Below are positions 36,285 to 45,915 of a stretch of DNA of 64,000 nt, piece after piece. The first letter of the stretch is position 1. Each line of letters begins with the position of its first letter. Made by a program: the position numbers and the translations under genes. The DNA is from Minisyncoccia bacterium. GTDB taxonomy: Bacteria; Patescibacteriota; Minisyncoccia; Phycocordibacterales; Zambryskibacteraceae. The DNA lies in assembly GCA_041742965.1 (NCBI GenBank), contig JBGTNQ010000012.1, positions 1,379-65,378 on the forward strand. The letters run 5' to 3'. Under the pieces are notes generated by a model. That model was not told where the DNA came from, made no database searches, and saw only the letters and a list, made by a program, of their open reading frames with translations.

Positions 36285-38987
36285 TTACTTTACCTTTGCC
36301 CCCGCACCCTTATTGTCTACCAAACTTTCAGCCCAAAGGCTCCCCTTTCTACCTTTCTTAACATCAAAGGTGAACTCACTTCCTTTAACCCCCACAGAGA
36401 TAGTGCCGCCCTTTAGAACTCCCTTAGAGATCATTAGGGAAGCGACAGGGGTAAGAATTTTATTTTGAATTAATCGCTTAAGCGGTCTGGCTCCGTACTG
36501 CGGATTATATCCTTCCTTTGCAAGATGCTTATAGACATCGAGAGATATCTCGAGAGCAATCTCTTTCTCTGCTAATCGAACCTTCACTTGTTCAACTTGA
36601 ATTTTTACAATATCAGCCACAGCGTCCTGCGAGAGAATGTTGAATAGAATTATATCGTCCAGACGATTCAAGAACTCTGGTCGGAAATGGTCTTTTACCG
36701 CATCCATTACTTTAAGTTTCGCATCTTCATAGTCTCCCCTTTCTTCTGTTGAGTCGATAAAGCCAATTCTCTCCATCTTATCTATGAATTGAGCTCCGAT
36801 ATTTGAAGTAAGTATTATGACAGAGTTCTTAAAGTTCACCACGCGTCCCTTGGCATCGGTTAAGCGTCCATTATCAAGAACTTGAAGAAGGATGTTGAAC
36901 ACTTCTGGATGTGCTTTTTCAATTTCATCAAAAAGAATAACAGCATAAGGACGATGACGAACCATTTCAGTCAAAGTGCCACCTTCTTCATGCCCCACAT
37001 ATCCAGGAGGAGCACCAATAAGCTTTGAAACAGCGTGACGCTCCATAAATTCTGACATATCTACACGAATAAGAGCTTTTTCGTCATCAAACATAAACTC
37101 AGCTAAAGCTTTGGTAAGTTCAGTTTTTCCAACTCCCGTAGGACCCAAAAACATAAACGAACCTATGGGTCTATTTGGATCAGAAATTCCAGCCCTAGAA
37201 CGCTTGATGGTATCTGAAATCTTCTGGACAGCTTCATCTTGACCAATAATGCGTCTTTTTAAAAAGTCTTCCATTTGAGAAAGTTTCTCTGCTTCTTCAG
37301 CCAACATTCTAGACACAGGGATACCTGTCCAACGGGATACAATATCTGCAATATCTTCTTCAGTAATTTCTTCCTTTAGAATTCTACGAGAGCTTTGGAG
37401 TCTTTTTAGTCTTTTCATCTTTTGTTCTAAATCTCGTTCTAGGGTCGGGATTTTTCCATAGCGAATTTCAGCTGCCAGAGATAAATCTGAACGCGCTTCA
37501 GCAGACTCAGCCTCTAAGCGAAGTTTTTCAAGTTCCTTTTTAAATGTTTTTATGTCATTTACAGCCTCCTTTTCGTTTTTCCATTTAAGCTCGAGTTCGG
37601 ATGTTTTTTCTTTAAAATCGGCAATAATCTCTGTGATTTCTTTTATGCGAGCCTTTGTCTTTGGGTTCTTGGAGGTGCCAACTTCTTTTTTCAAGGCCTC
37701 TTTTTCAATCTCGAGCTTCATTATTTTGGCGTGCGTTTCCTCAAGTACTGGGGGCATATTTTCAAGTGAAATTTTGAGATGTGAAGATGCTTCATCAATC
37801 AAATCCACCGCTTTGTCTGGTAAAAACCTATCTGTAATATATCGGGAAGAAAGGTTAACTGCTGACACAATAGCGTCATCGGTAATCCTAACTCCATGAT
37901 AAAGCTCATATCTTTCTTTAAGCCCTCGTAGAATAGTGATGGCGTCTTCCTGAGAGGGTTCATTCACATACACCGGCTGAAAACGCCTTGTAAGAGCTGG
38001 ATCCTTTTCAATATGTTTCTGATATTCCTTAAGGGTGGTTGCGCCTATGGCTCTAAGTTCACCTCGAGCAAGTGCCGGTTTCAACATATTAGAGGCATCT
38101 AAAGATCCGTCAGCGGCACCAGCACCAACAATAGTATGGATTTCATCTATAAAGAGAATGATCTTTCCATCAGATCTTTCTATCTCTTTCAAAATATTTT
38201 TTAATCTCTCCTCAAACTCTCCTCGATACTTTGTACCGGCAATCAAAAGCCCCAGATCCAAAGAAACCAATTCTTTTTCACGAATAGATTCTGGAACGTT
38301 TCCATTTGCCATACGAACAGCAAGACCCTCAACAATAGCAGTCTTTCCTACCCCAGCTTCTCCTATAAGGATTGGATTATTTTTTGTCCTCCTGGCGAGA
38401 ATCTGAACGATTCTAGAAATCTCATTATCTCTCCCAATTACTGGATCAAGTTTATTTTGACCAGCCAATTTAGTTAAACTTCTAGTGTATTTTAAAATAT
38501 TTTTAGTTCTTTTTCCTTCTTTATTTCCTTCTAGGTTTTTAGAAGATTTCAATTCATCTATCACCTTCACAACAGTAGCTCTATCAATTTTGAAACGAGA
38601 GAGAAGTTCCTTTGCTGGACTTTTAATCTCGAGCAAAGAGACAAACATGTGTTCAGTAGAAGCAAACTCATCATTTAAGCCATCGGCAACCTTCAAACTG
38701 TTATCAATAATCTGAGCCAGTTCTGGAGTTAAAAAAATCTGATATGAAGGTGCCATCGTAGCAGAAGATTCTGGGGTCTCAATCGCCTCAAGAAGGAGGT
38801 CTGTTAAAAGAATTGTATCGACCTCAAGCCGATCCAAGATTGAAGCAACCATACTCTCTTCTTGCAGTATCAAAGCCCCAAAAAGATGCATTGGACTAAC
38901 ATGGTTTTGACCACGCTCAATAGCTAGCTCGTGAGCTTTTTTTATGGCTTCTTTGGCTTTGGTTGTAAATCTCTGAAATGGTGGCAT
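36285..38987 (-). CDS. clpB: chaperone ClpB
   Basis: Clp N-domain, NBD1 ([22 protein letters not shown]), a long coiled-coil M-domain, NBD2 ([18 protein letters not shown]). Start taken at MPPFQRF. Confidence 0.9.
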   Translation of the reverse strand: MPPFQRFTTKAKEAIKKAHELAIERGQNHVSPMHLFGALILQEESMVASILDRLEVDTILLTDLLLEAIETPESSATMAPSYQIFLTPELAQIIDNSLKVADGLNDEFASTEHMFVSLLEIKSPAKELLSRFKIDRATVVKVIDELKSSKNLEGNKEGKRTKNILKYTRSLTKLAGQNKLDPVIGRDNEISRIVQILARRTKNNPILIGEAGVGKTAIVEGLAVRMANGNVPESIREKELVSLDLGLLIAGTKYRGEFEERLKNILKEIERSDGKIILFIDEIHTIVGAGAADGSLDASNMLKPALARGELRAIGATTLKEYQKHIEKDPALTRRFQPVYVNEPSQEDAITILRGLKERYELYHGVRITDDAIVSAVNLSSRYITDRFLPDKAVDLIDEASSHLKISLENMPPVLEETHAKIMKLEIEKEALKKEVGTSKNPKTKARIKEITEIIADFKEKTSELELKWKNEKEAVNDIKTFKKELEKLRLEAESAEARSDLSLAAEIRYGKIPTLERDLEQKMKRLKRLQSSRRILKEEITEEDIADIVSRWTGIPVSRMLAEEAEKLSQMEDFLKRRIIGQDEAVQKISDTIKRSRAGISDPNRPIGSFMFLGPTGVGKTELTKALAEFMFDDEKALIRVDMSEFMERHAVSKLIGAPPGYVGHEEGGTLTEMVRHRPYAVILFDEIEKAHPEVFNILLQVLDNGRLTDAKGRVVNFKNSVIILTSNIGAQFIDKMERIGFIDSTEERGDYEDAKLKVMDAVKDHFRPEFLNRLDDIILFNILSQDAVADIVKIQVEQVKVRLAEKEIALEISLDVYKHLAKEGYNPQYGARPLKRLIQNKILTPVASLMISKGVLKGGTISVGVKGSEFTFDVKKGRKGSLWAESLVDNKGAGAKVK

Positions 38988-39041
38988 ATGGGTGTATAAA
39001 ATACAATAATTGTCCTCTAGAGTCAAACAAGTCTAACAAAA

Positions 39042-39848
39042 TTATCTTGCTAGATAGTCTGTAATCGCCGACTTAAGAAGTGATACGGGAAGATAAATTG
39101 GAGAGTTAGACGGGGTAGTACGCCCAGATCGCATACCCACCAACTCCCCCGATAGATTAAACAGCGGGGAGCCGACTACGGAACTCTTGTGGATAATGTC
39201 TGTTTCAAATCCATATTGAGTCGTTGGATCAGCTTGATCTGAATACAAGAACGAGGACATTCTTCCTATAGAAATAGTATTATTTTCTTGCCCCTCAAGG
39301 GTTATAACTGACTGACCAAGTTTCAATTCCAGATTGCCTACAGTAACCGGGGTGCCGGAGAAAGAGGTGCCATCCTTTGGTACGATTTTAAAGAAAACAA
39401 CAGAACGTTTCTCATCTTGGCCTAAATAATCTAAAACAAAATCTGTCTTATCAAAAAGAGTTGCTGTATAACGACCTCTTTCATTAAACGAATCTCGGGT
39501 TGGTGTAACTACTAAACCTCCGGGAGACAAAATTGTCCCGATGCCATAAAAATTATTGGCAATGTCACGGATTCTGACAATGCTAGAAGAATTTTTCACC
39601 ACAGTATCAATAACTTGATCCTCTTCTTTAACTACAACCGTAACCTCTCTGACTTCTACAGTATTCTTCCCACTACCTTCTGACACAACTGTCTCGATTG
39701 TTTTTTCAACAACTCTGTTTATGGTCTGAGTAACCAAAGGTGGCGCCTCCTGAAGGAGTGAGAAAGTAATAATGCCTGTAGCAATAGACGTAACAAAGCT
39801 TACCAAAAGAGTAAGTAAGACAAGCTGATTTTTTGTTAGATCTTCCAT
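39042..39848 (-). CDS. membrane-anchored trypsin-like (HtrA/S1C-like) domain protein, possibly catalytically degenerate
   Basis: TM anchor, then ...VVGSPLFNLSGELVGM, which resembles the GNSGGPL.N..GE.IGI block of S1C but with altered residues. Confidence 0.45.
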   Translation of the reverse strand: MEDLTKNQLVLLTLLVSFVTSIATGIITFSLLQEAPPLVTQTINRVVEKTIETVVSEGSGKNTVEVREVTVVVKEEDQVIDTVVKNSSSIVRIRDIANNFYGIGTILSPGGLVVTPTRDSFNERGRYTATLFDKTDFVLDYLGQDEKRSVVFFKIVPKDGTSFSGTPVTVGNLELKLGQSVITLEGQENNTISIGRMSSFLYSDQADPTTQYGFETDIIHKSSVVGSPLFNLSGELVGMRSGRTTPSNSPIYLPVSLLKSAITDYLAR

Positions 39849-39879
39849 TCCCCTATTATAAGAGAATTGCCAAGTCAAA

Positions 39880-41073
39880 TCAAACAACACGAGACCTGCG
39901 AACCATCTCTGGAATTGTGTTTAAAAGAATCTTTATATCTTCTGTTTTTGTTCCCCTTCCCAAAGAAAAGCGAATCGATGATTTTGCGCATTCAATCCCA
40001 CCTAGCACCTCTATAACATCTGAGTGCAAATCTTCCTTTAAGCTTTTGCAAGAACTCGCTGTAGAGCAAAGAATTCCGAGACTGTCAGCAACAATGACCG
40101 CGTACTCAGCATCCATATCAGGAAAACAAATATTTATATTGTTGGGCAATCTCTCTTTTAGATCACCGTTTAGACTAGACCCTGGAACACTTTTCAGCAC
40201 TTCTCTAATAATCTTTTCCCTAAGTGGGGTTAATCTCTTTGTCTCTTTCTCACTCATAGACCGAGCTATTTCAAGAGCAGTAGCAAACCCCACAATAGAT
40301 GGTAAATTTTCTGTACCGGAACGAAGCCCCTTTTCCTGACCTCCACCAAAAACAACCGGCGCGATGTTAACGCCACGACGAGCCCACAAGACGCCTATGC
40401 CTTTTGGTCCATATATTTTTGACCCATCTAAAGAGAGAAAATCGACGCCCAAGCTCAGTGTATTCAAAGAAAGATAATTTGGCGCCTGGCTAGCGTCTGT
40501 ATGAAAGTACGGATATGAAGAGGGTGTTTTTGGGGATTTTCTAAAGTCACGAATTATTTTAGCAATTTCTCTTATTGGCTCGATGGTTCCGATCTCATTA
40601 TTCGCATACATTATTGAAACGAGAACAGTATTTTTATTTATGATGGTCTTTAAGTATTTCAAATCGACAATACCCTGACTATCGACCGGAACAATACTCA
40701 TGCTCCCGCCCCTTCTCTCTATCTCATCTTTTAACCCCAAAACTGCTGGATGCTCAATGGACGAAAAAATGACATGCGGTTTAGTAATATGTTTTCTTGC
40801 TTCAGTTACAATACCCAAGATGGCAATATTATTTGACTCTGTTCCACTACCCGTAAAAAAAATTTCATCAGAATGACCATGAAGCACTGCCGCAACTCTT
40901 TTGCGTGAATTTTCTAATACATTCCTCACCTCAACCCCTTCCCTATAAAGAGCGGATGGATTATGAAAAGATTTTGAAAAATATGGCCTCATAGCCAACA
41001 AAACCCTCGGATCAACCGGCGTAGTAGAGGCGTAGTCGAAATATATTCTCTTTTGTTTTTTTCTATTAATCAC
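39880..41073 (-). CDS. iscS: cysteine desulfurase (class V aminotransferase)
   Basis: YFDYASTTP, the PLP-lysine region SLDGSKIYGPKGIG, and the catalytic Cys loop SSCKS. Confidence 0.85.
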   Translation of the reverse strand: MINRKKQKRIYFDYASTTPVDPRVLLAMRPYFSKSFHNPSALYREGVEVRNVLENSRKRVAAVLHGHSDEIFFTGSGTESNNIAILGIVTEARKHITKPHVIFSSIEHPAVLGLKDEIERRGGSMSIVPVDSQGIVDLKYLKTIINKNTVLVSIMYANNEIGTIEPIREIAKIIRDFRKSPKTPSSYPYFHTDASQAPNYLSLNTLSLGVDFLSLDGSKIYGPKGIGVLWARRGVNIAPVVFGGGQEKGLRSGTENLPSIVGFATALEIARSMSEKETKRLTPLREKIIREVLKSVPGSSLNGDLKERLPNNINICFPDMDAEYAVIVADSLGILCSTASSCKSLKEDLHSDVIEVLGGIECAKSSIRFSLGRGTKTEDIKILLNTIPEMVRRSRVV

Positions 41074-41200
41074 CTTAATTTTGTGAACCAGTTATATCAC
41101 GCAGAATCGACTTCGTGAATAGTCTTTATATTTATCCTTTTCAGAAGGGGTATTTTTTTGTATACTGGGAACCTCTTATTAGTACTTTTATTTATAAATC

Positions 41201-41683
41201 ATGCCCATCCTCCTCGAGACTTCAACGATGATATATGTCCTGCTTGGCCTCATTATCGTCCTTATCGTTTGGATAATCAGACTAGAAATAAGGCTAAGAA
41301 ACCTTCTTTTGGGTAAAGATGGCAAAAGCCTGGAGGACACTATAAAAACGATACTGGGAGATATAAAAGACTATGAAAACTTCAAAAGAGAGTCTATACA
41401 ATATTGGAAAAATATAGAAAACAGGCTAAAGAGAAGTATCCAGGCCGTTGAGACAATTCGTTTCAATCCGTTTAAAGGCACAGGGTCAGGAGGAAATCAA
41501 AGTTTCTCTACCACGCTCCTAAATGAAAAAGGGGACGGTGTAGTGATTTCAAGTCTATATTCAAGAGAACACATTAGTGTATTTTCTAAACCTATAAAAA
41601 AATTCAGCTCTGAATTCGAAATGACAGCTGAAGAAAAGGAGGTTATAAAACAAGCAAAAGAAAATATCGTCCAAGGTAAATAA
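41201..41683 (+). CDS. DUF4446-like membrane protein
   Basis: N-terminal TM, then IRFNPFKGTGSGGNQSFSTTLLNEKGDGVVISSLYSRE, which resembles the DUF4446 signature. Confidence 0.4.
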   Translation: MPILLETSTMIYVLLGLIIVLIVWIIRLEIRLRNLLLGKDGKSLEDTIKTILGDIKDYENFKRESIQYWKNIENRLKRSIQAVETIRFNPFKGTGSGGNQSFSTTLLNEKGDGVVISSLYSREHISVFSKPIKKFSSEFEMTAEEKEVIKQAKENIVQGK

Positions 41684-41690
41684 TAAAAAA

Positions 41691-43187
41691 ATGAAATCAG
41701 AAGATGAAAAAGTCATAGAAAGACCGCCCGTGATTACTATCATGGGGCATATTGACCATGGAAAATCCACTCTTCTCGACTACATTAGAAAAACAAACAT
41801 TGTAGACAAAGAAGCTGGAGGTATTACTCAACACCTTTCAGCATATGAAGTCAGCCATGTAAACAAAGACAGTATAGAAAAGAAGATCACATTTCTTGAT
41901 ACCCCAGGACACGAGGCGTTTGGAGCAATCCGCGCCAGGGGGGTGAAGGTGGCGGATATCGGTATTTTAGTAGTATCTGCAGAGGATGGAGTAAAACCCC
42001 AGACACTCGAGGCCTTGAAGGTGCTGAAGGTAGATGGAATCCCATTCGCTGTCGCAATAAACAAAATAGATAAACCTGGAGCAAGCGTTGAAAGAACAAA
42101 ACAGAACCTGGCTGAGAACGATATCTTCATTGAGGGTTATGGTGGAGATATTCCGTGGGTCGCGATATCTGCAAAAACCGGAGACGGCATTCCAGAACTA
42201 TTAGACCTGCTTTTACTTATTGCCGAACTAGAGGAACTGAAAGGAAATCCAGAAGAGGGTGGCTCCGGTATCATAATAGAAAGTAATCTAGATACGAAAA
42301 AAGGAATCATCGCCACAGCAATTATAAAAAACGGCACCGTTAAGGGTGGTCAGTTTGCGGTCTGTGGGGAAAGCATCTCCCCCCTCAGGATTATTGAAAA
42401 TTTTTTGGGAAAAAAAATAAATGAAGCGTCCTTTTCGAGCCCCATTCGAATCATAGGATGGGATTCAGCCCCAAAGGTAGGAGAAGAATTCATTTGTTTT
42501 GATGACAAAAAAGAGGCCGCTTCTTTTGCGGAGAAAAACAAAATACCGACAAATACACAGAATCAAGTTGAAGCAGATGGTAAAACTCTTATACCTATAA
42601 TCGTTAAAACGGATACAGCGGGAAGCTTGGATGCTTTAGTATATGAAATATCAAAACTTGAAAATGAGCGCATATCACCAAAAGTCGTATTGTCAGGCAT
42701 AGGGCCGATATCTGAAAATGATATAAGAGTAGCTAGTAGCCACGAAAAACCATTGGTCGTAGCCTTTCACAGCCCAATAGACGCCCAAGCAGGAAGTCTA
42801 GCTCTAAGACTGGGTATATCCATAGAACAATTCGACATTATATACAAACTAACAGAGTGGTTAGAAAAAGCTTTGGAAGACAGAACCCCTAAAATAGAGA
42901 CGGAAGAAACAACTGGCCAAGCAAAAATATTGAAACTTTTTTCTAAGACAAGAGAGAAGCAGGTTTTGGGTGGGCGCGTTGAATCTGGAGAAATTGTTTC
43001 TGGAGAGCAGGTAAAAATAATGAGACGAGATGTTGAAATCGGTCGCGGTAGAATCCGTGAATTACAAATACAGAAAGAGAAAATAGGAAAAGTAGAGGAA
43101 GGAAAAGAATTTGGAGCAATGATAGAATCTAAAGCAGAGATCTCCCCTGGAGACAAAATAGAGTGCTTTGCGACGGTAAGTAAATAA
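41691..43187 (+). CDS. infB: translation initiation factor IF-2, short form
   Basis: G-domain motifs [14 protein letters not shown] and NKID, then the C-terminal beta-barrels. 498 aa with no N-terminal extension. Confidence 0.9.
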   Translation: MKSEDEKVIERPPVITIMGHIDHGKSTLLDYIRKTNIVDKEAGGITQHLSAYEVSHVNKDSIEKKITFLDTPGHEAFGAIRARGVKVADIGILVVSAEDGVKPQTLEALKVLKVDGIPFAVAINKIDKPGASVERTKQNLAENDIFIEGYGGDIPWVAISAKTGDGIPELLDLLLLIAELEELKGNPEEGGSGIIIESNLDTKKGIIATAIIKNGTVKGGQFAVCGESISPLRIIENFLGKKINEASFSSPIRIIGWDSAPKVGEEFICFDDKKEAASFAEKNKIPTNTQNQVEADGKTLIPIIVKTDTAGSLDALVYEISKLENERISPKVVLSGIGPISENDIRVASSHEKPLVVAFHSPIDAQAGSLALRLGISIEQFDIIYKLTEWLEKALEDRTPKIETEETTGQAKILKLFSKTREKQVLGGRVESGEIVSGEQVKIMRRDVEIGRGRIRELQIQKEKIGKVEEGKEFGAMIESKAEISPGDKIECFATVSK

Positions 43188-43191
43188 AAAA

Positions 43192-43524
43192 ATGAAACCG
43201 ATAAGTTATCGAAAAGAAAAACTTCCTGAACTTCTCCAACACTTGGCCGCAGAGTTCATAACCGAAGAGTCAAATAGAACTTCACTTATAACAATCACAG
43301 GGTGTCGCCTATCAGCTGATAGTAAAAGGGCAGTTTTGTTATTTACTGTTCTTCCAGAAAATCAGGAAAAGGCCGCTGTAGATTTTCTAAGCAGAAAAAA
43401 CCTAGCGTTCAAAAAATTTGTGCGAGAAAAATCACGAATAGGTAGAATTCCAATGCTATCGTTTGCGCTAGATATGGGAGAAAAAAATAGACAAAAAATT
43501 GATTTTCTTCTCTCTTCTGACTAG
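43192..43524 (+). CDS. rbfA: ribosome-binding factor A
   Basis: Sits directly after infB; KH-like fold motifs (RTSLITITGCRLSADSKRAVLLFTVL). Confidence 0.6.
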   Translation: MKPISYRKEKLPELLQHLAAEFITEESNRTSLITITGCRLSADSKRAVLLFTVLPENQEKAAVDFLSRKNLAFKKFVREKSRIGRIPMLSFALDMGEKNRQKIDFLLSSD

Positions 43525-43645
43525 TATTGTAAGTCTGGTAGAATAAGAGATGCCCAAAAGATGTGGTGCTAAAGCTTCGTGAACGGGACAGAGAGGTGTA
43601 AAACTTTAAGTTATGATATTGATAAGGCGTGGTGGCCAAGTGGTA

Positions 43646-43717
43646 AGGCGAAGCTCTGCAAAAGCTTTATTCACGGGTTCGATTCCCGTCCACGCCTCAA
43701 GTAAAAAGTATGACTTT
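43646..43717 (+). tRNA. tRNA-Cys (anticodon GCA)
   Basis: Acceptor GGCGTGG/CCACGCC, anticodon stem AAGCT/AGCTT with loop CTGCAAA, T-arm GGGTTCGATTCCCG. Confidence 0.8.
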
Positions 43718-43727
43718 AGTGTGATAT

Positions 43728-43870
43728 CTTTTACTTTGATGAGGACGGAAGTATGCAAATTTATTTGCATACTTAGGGAATCGAAAGGCGCAGTGATATT
43801 TTGTGAGTTCACAAAATTACGAGCCGTGGTCACGACCGAGCCGAGCGACGGCGAGGTGAGAGTTGTGACC
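43728..43870 (+). repeat. element E3 (~143 nt) between 27-nt direct repeats of the tRNA-Cys 3' end (43701..43727 and 43871..43897)
   Basis: gattcccgtccacgcctcaagtaaaag is duplicated. The insert carries gggaatcgaaagg, ttttgtgagttcacaaaa and gtggtcacgacc and ends gagttgtgacc. Confidence 0.65.
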
Positions 43871-43945
43871 GATTCCCGTCCACGCCTCAAGTAAAAGTGT
43901 GGCTTTGTAAGACATCTTTTACTTAGTTGGTGTGAAGAAATATAT

Positions 43946-44028
43946 GCCCGGGTGGTGGAATGGTATACACGGCGGACTTAAAATCCTCTGGCCGCAAGGC
44001 CATGTGAGTTCGAGTCTCACCCCGGGCA
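43946..44028 (+). tRNA. tRNA-Leu (anticodon TAA, tentative)
   Basis: Acceptor GCCCGGG/CCCGGGC, long variable arm, anticodon loop CTTAAAA with one mismatch in the anticodon stem, T-arm GAGTTCGAGTCTC. Confidence 0.65.
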
Positions 44029-44034
44029 CAATAT

Positions 44035-44107
44035 GCGCCCATAGCTCAGTTGGTAGAGCTGCTCCCTCTTAAGGAGAAGGTCGTAGGTTCAAATCCTACT
44101 GGGCGCA
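44035..44107 (+). tRNA. tRNA-Lys (anticodon CTT)
   Basis: Acceptor GCGCCCA/TGGGCGC, D-arm TAGCTCAGTTGGTAGAGC, anticodon loop CTCTTAA, T-arm GTAGGTTCAAATCCTAC. Confidence 0.8.
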
Positions 44108-44379
44108 CAGAAGCTACAGCAACCTGCCCTGCGGCAGGTTTTGTGCTTCTGTGCGGACCGGAGCCATGTTTTGTGACCACACAAAACAGACGAGGTGGGG
44201 TCGAGAAATTTTGTGAGCGACGGCGAACAAAATATTCGTGACCACAAAGGACGCAATTGGCATGATCAAGATTTTTCCGTCAGGAAAAATACTTGTGACC
44301 ACAATCCTGTGCGAACCATACTTCCCCTCTCACAAACAATACTTGTGACCCGAGTTAAATATGATAAAGTATTTCTCAT
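44108..44379 (+). repeat. E4: tandem array of four short units, each ending in ...GTGACC, with AT-stem hairpins, between tRNA-Lys and tRNA-Leu
   Basis: GTGACC at 44173, 44238, 44295 and 44345, each followed by acacaaaa / acaaagg / acaatcc (tRNA-trailer-like). Internal cgaggtggggtcgag, ttttgtgaccacacaaaa and atttttccgtcaggaaaaat. Confidence 0.6.
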
Positions 44380-44461
44380 GCTGGGGTGGCGGAATTGGTA
44401 TACGCGCTAGTCTTAGGAACTAGTGGAGAAATCCATAGGAGTTCAAGTCTCCTCCCCAGCA
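44380..44461 (+). tRNA. tRNA-Leu (anticodon TAG)
   Basis: Acceptor GCTGGGG/CCCCAGC, anticodon stem CTAGT/ACTAG with loop CTTAGGA, long variable arm, T-arm GGAGTTCAAGTCTCC. Confidence 0.8.
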
Positions 44462-44466
44462 CAAAC

Positions 44467-44595
44467 GAAAGTAGTGAGTTTGTGCTCTAGGCGCATTTTT
44501 TGCTTTGCAAAAAGAGCAGAGACTTGAAGGCCGGAGTCCGCCTTGGGCGGACGAGGCGGGGTCGCGGACTTTTTCAGCAGAAAAAGATCTGTGAC
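44467..44595 (+). repeat. element E5 (129 nt) between 22-nt direct repeats of the tRNA-Leu(TAG) 3' end (44445..44466 and 44596..44617)
   Basis: aagtctcctccccagcacaaac is duplicated. The insert carries ggagtccgccttgggcggacgaggcggggtcgcggac and ctttttcagcagaaaaag and ends atctgtgacc. Confidence 0.65.
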
Positions 44596-44666
44596 CAAGT
44601 CTCCTCCCCAGCACAAACTCACTACTTTCGTTTGTGCTGTATAAAATTTGACTTTTTGCTTGTTTT

Positions 44667-45794
44667 GTGATAGTGTCCGAAACAGATACACCTGTTCTCT
44701 GTAACAAACTACTCACAAAAATGCGCCTTGCGCAAAGGAGATCTCGCATGTTGGCCATTATTCTCACAGGGCTTACCCTTTTGGGTTTGGGAGCGCTCAT
44801 CAGATTCTTGGGCTCGATTGCCAAGATCTGGGGCATCATCCCCGCTCAAACATTCGCCCTAGTCACAACCTGGGCGAACCGCAACACAGATTTCACCAAG
44901 GACGGTGGAACTGTAGGTGGAACAGTTGAAAATCTCCTTCATGGAATTCCAGGTAAAGTACTCGTAAGAGACCCAGACCCAATGAAATGGAGATTTGAAG
45001 ACGGAGAAGAAGAGCGCAGTCTCCTCTTCGGTCTTCTCGGCGTCCAGTGGGTCGGATTATTCCGAGCACTTCGCCTGAACAAGATCAGCATAATAAGGTA
45101 CGGCAAGGAAGGAGGAGGGGTTGATGAAAAGGAAGAGATTGAGGCGGAAGACCATGAATTTCTAAGAACCTCCGCTTCCAGATTCATCTTCTACTCTTCA
45201 AGCAGTTTCGTCAGAGTAAAGAACGCCGAAACAGCTGGGGTATATGCCTTGGATTGGGAATTCATAGTCATTACCGAACGTATCTTTCCGTTACGTTCAG
45301 TGCTAAGAGTTCCTGATCCGTTTGCCAACCTTTCAGCAATGGTCTCAAGGGCGGTGATCAGAAAGACCAGCCTACTTGAACCAGAAGATTTTTTGAGTAC
45401 GACCGAAAGTGCCAAAAACAAAAGGGCGGTGATCAAGGCCATCATGTCAATCTCGAAGGATGCCGAGAGAGAACTTGGTCTCAAAATCACCGAAGTAACA
45501 CTGAGGTCGGTGAGCCCTGAAGACAAGTACTGTGAGAGCCTCGAACTAGAGGCAAAGACAAGAAGAGAAAACGAGGCCGCTGTGGCCATAGCTGAAAAAG
45601 ACAAGGCGGTTGGTCTCCTCAAGAACAGCATCGAAGCTGACCAGGTGGAACGGGTGGTGATGAGAATTGCAAACAACCCGGGAGCCATCCAGGTTCGAGC
45701 CCTTGAAGCCTACCGAGACAACAAGACCGTCAAGGTCTATGCTCCTGGGGGAAAGCTCTCACAGATTCTTCCTGATTTGACCGACGGTGAGTGA
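44667..45794 (+). CDS. SPFH/band-7-like domain membrane protein in a GC-rich island (N-terminus uncertain)
   Basis: TM segment LAIILTGLTLLGLGALI, then YALDWEFIVITERIFPLRSVLRV...ELGLKITEVTLRSVSPEDK...LELEAKTRRENEAAVAIAEKD, resembling the SPFH core plus a coiled coil. High local GC. Confidence 0.45.
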   Translation: MIVSETDTPVLCNKLLTKMRLAQRRSRMLAIILTGLTLLGLGALIRFLGSIAKIWGIIPAQTFALVTTWANRNTDFTKDGGTVGGTVENLLHGIPGKVLVRDPDPMKWRFEDGEEERSLLFGLLGVQWVGLFRALRLNKISIIRYGKEGGGVDEKEEIEAEDHEFLRTSASRFIFYSSSSFVRVKNAETAGVYALDWEFIVITERIFPLRSVLRVPDPFANLSAMVSRAVIRKTSLLEPEDFLSTTESAKNKRAVIKAIMSISKDAERELGLKITEVTLRSVSPEDKYCESLELEAKTRRENEAAVAIAEKDKAVGLLKNSIEADQVERVVMRIANNPGAIQVRALEAYRDNKTVKVYAPGGKLSQILPDLTDGE

Positions 45795-45915
45795 GTAGTT
45801 TGAAAAGACCAAGCACAGCTGTGCTTGGCCTTTTCTTATGTATTGACAAATGGGTACTAAGTATGCTATAATTAGATAAGAGATCTTTCGCAATTAAACA
45901 TGATTCTAGGAGGCA

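Noticed and set aside
44108-44379. Considered a CRISPR array or an integron attC array because of regularly spaced GTGACC-terminated units
   Set aside because: The units are not identical repeats separated by unique spacers. No cas genes or intI are nearby. The unit ends do not show the RYYYAAC/GTTRRRY inverse-core pair of attC sites.
27032-44595. Considered the tRNA-associated elements to be IS200/IS605-type MITEs (PATEs) because of subterminal hairpins and a fixed terminal hexamer
   Set aside because: IS200/IS605 elements do not generate target duplications. Here 15-75-nt direct repeats of the target 3' end flank the inserts, which fits site-specific (integrase-type) recombination better.
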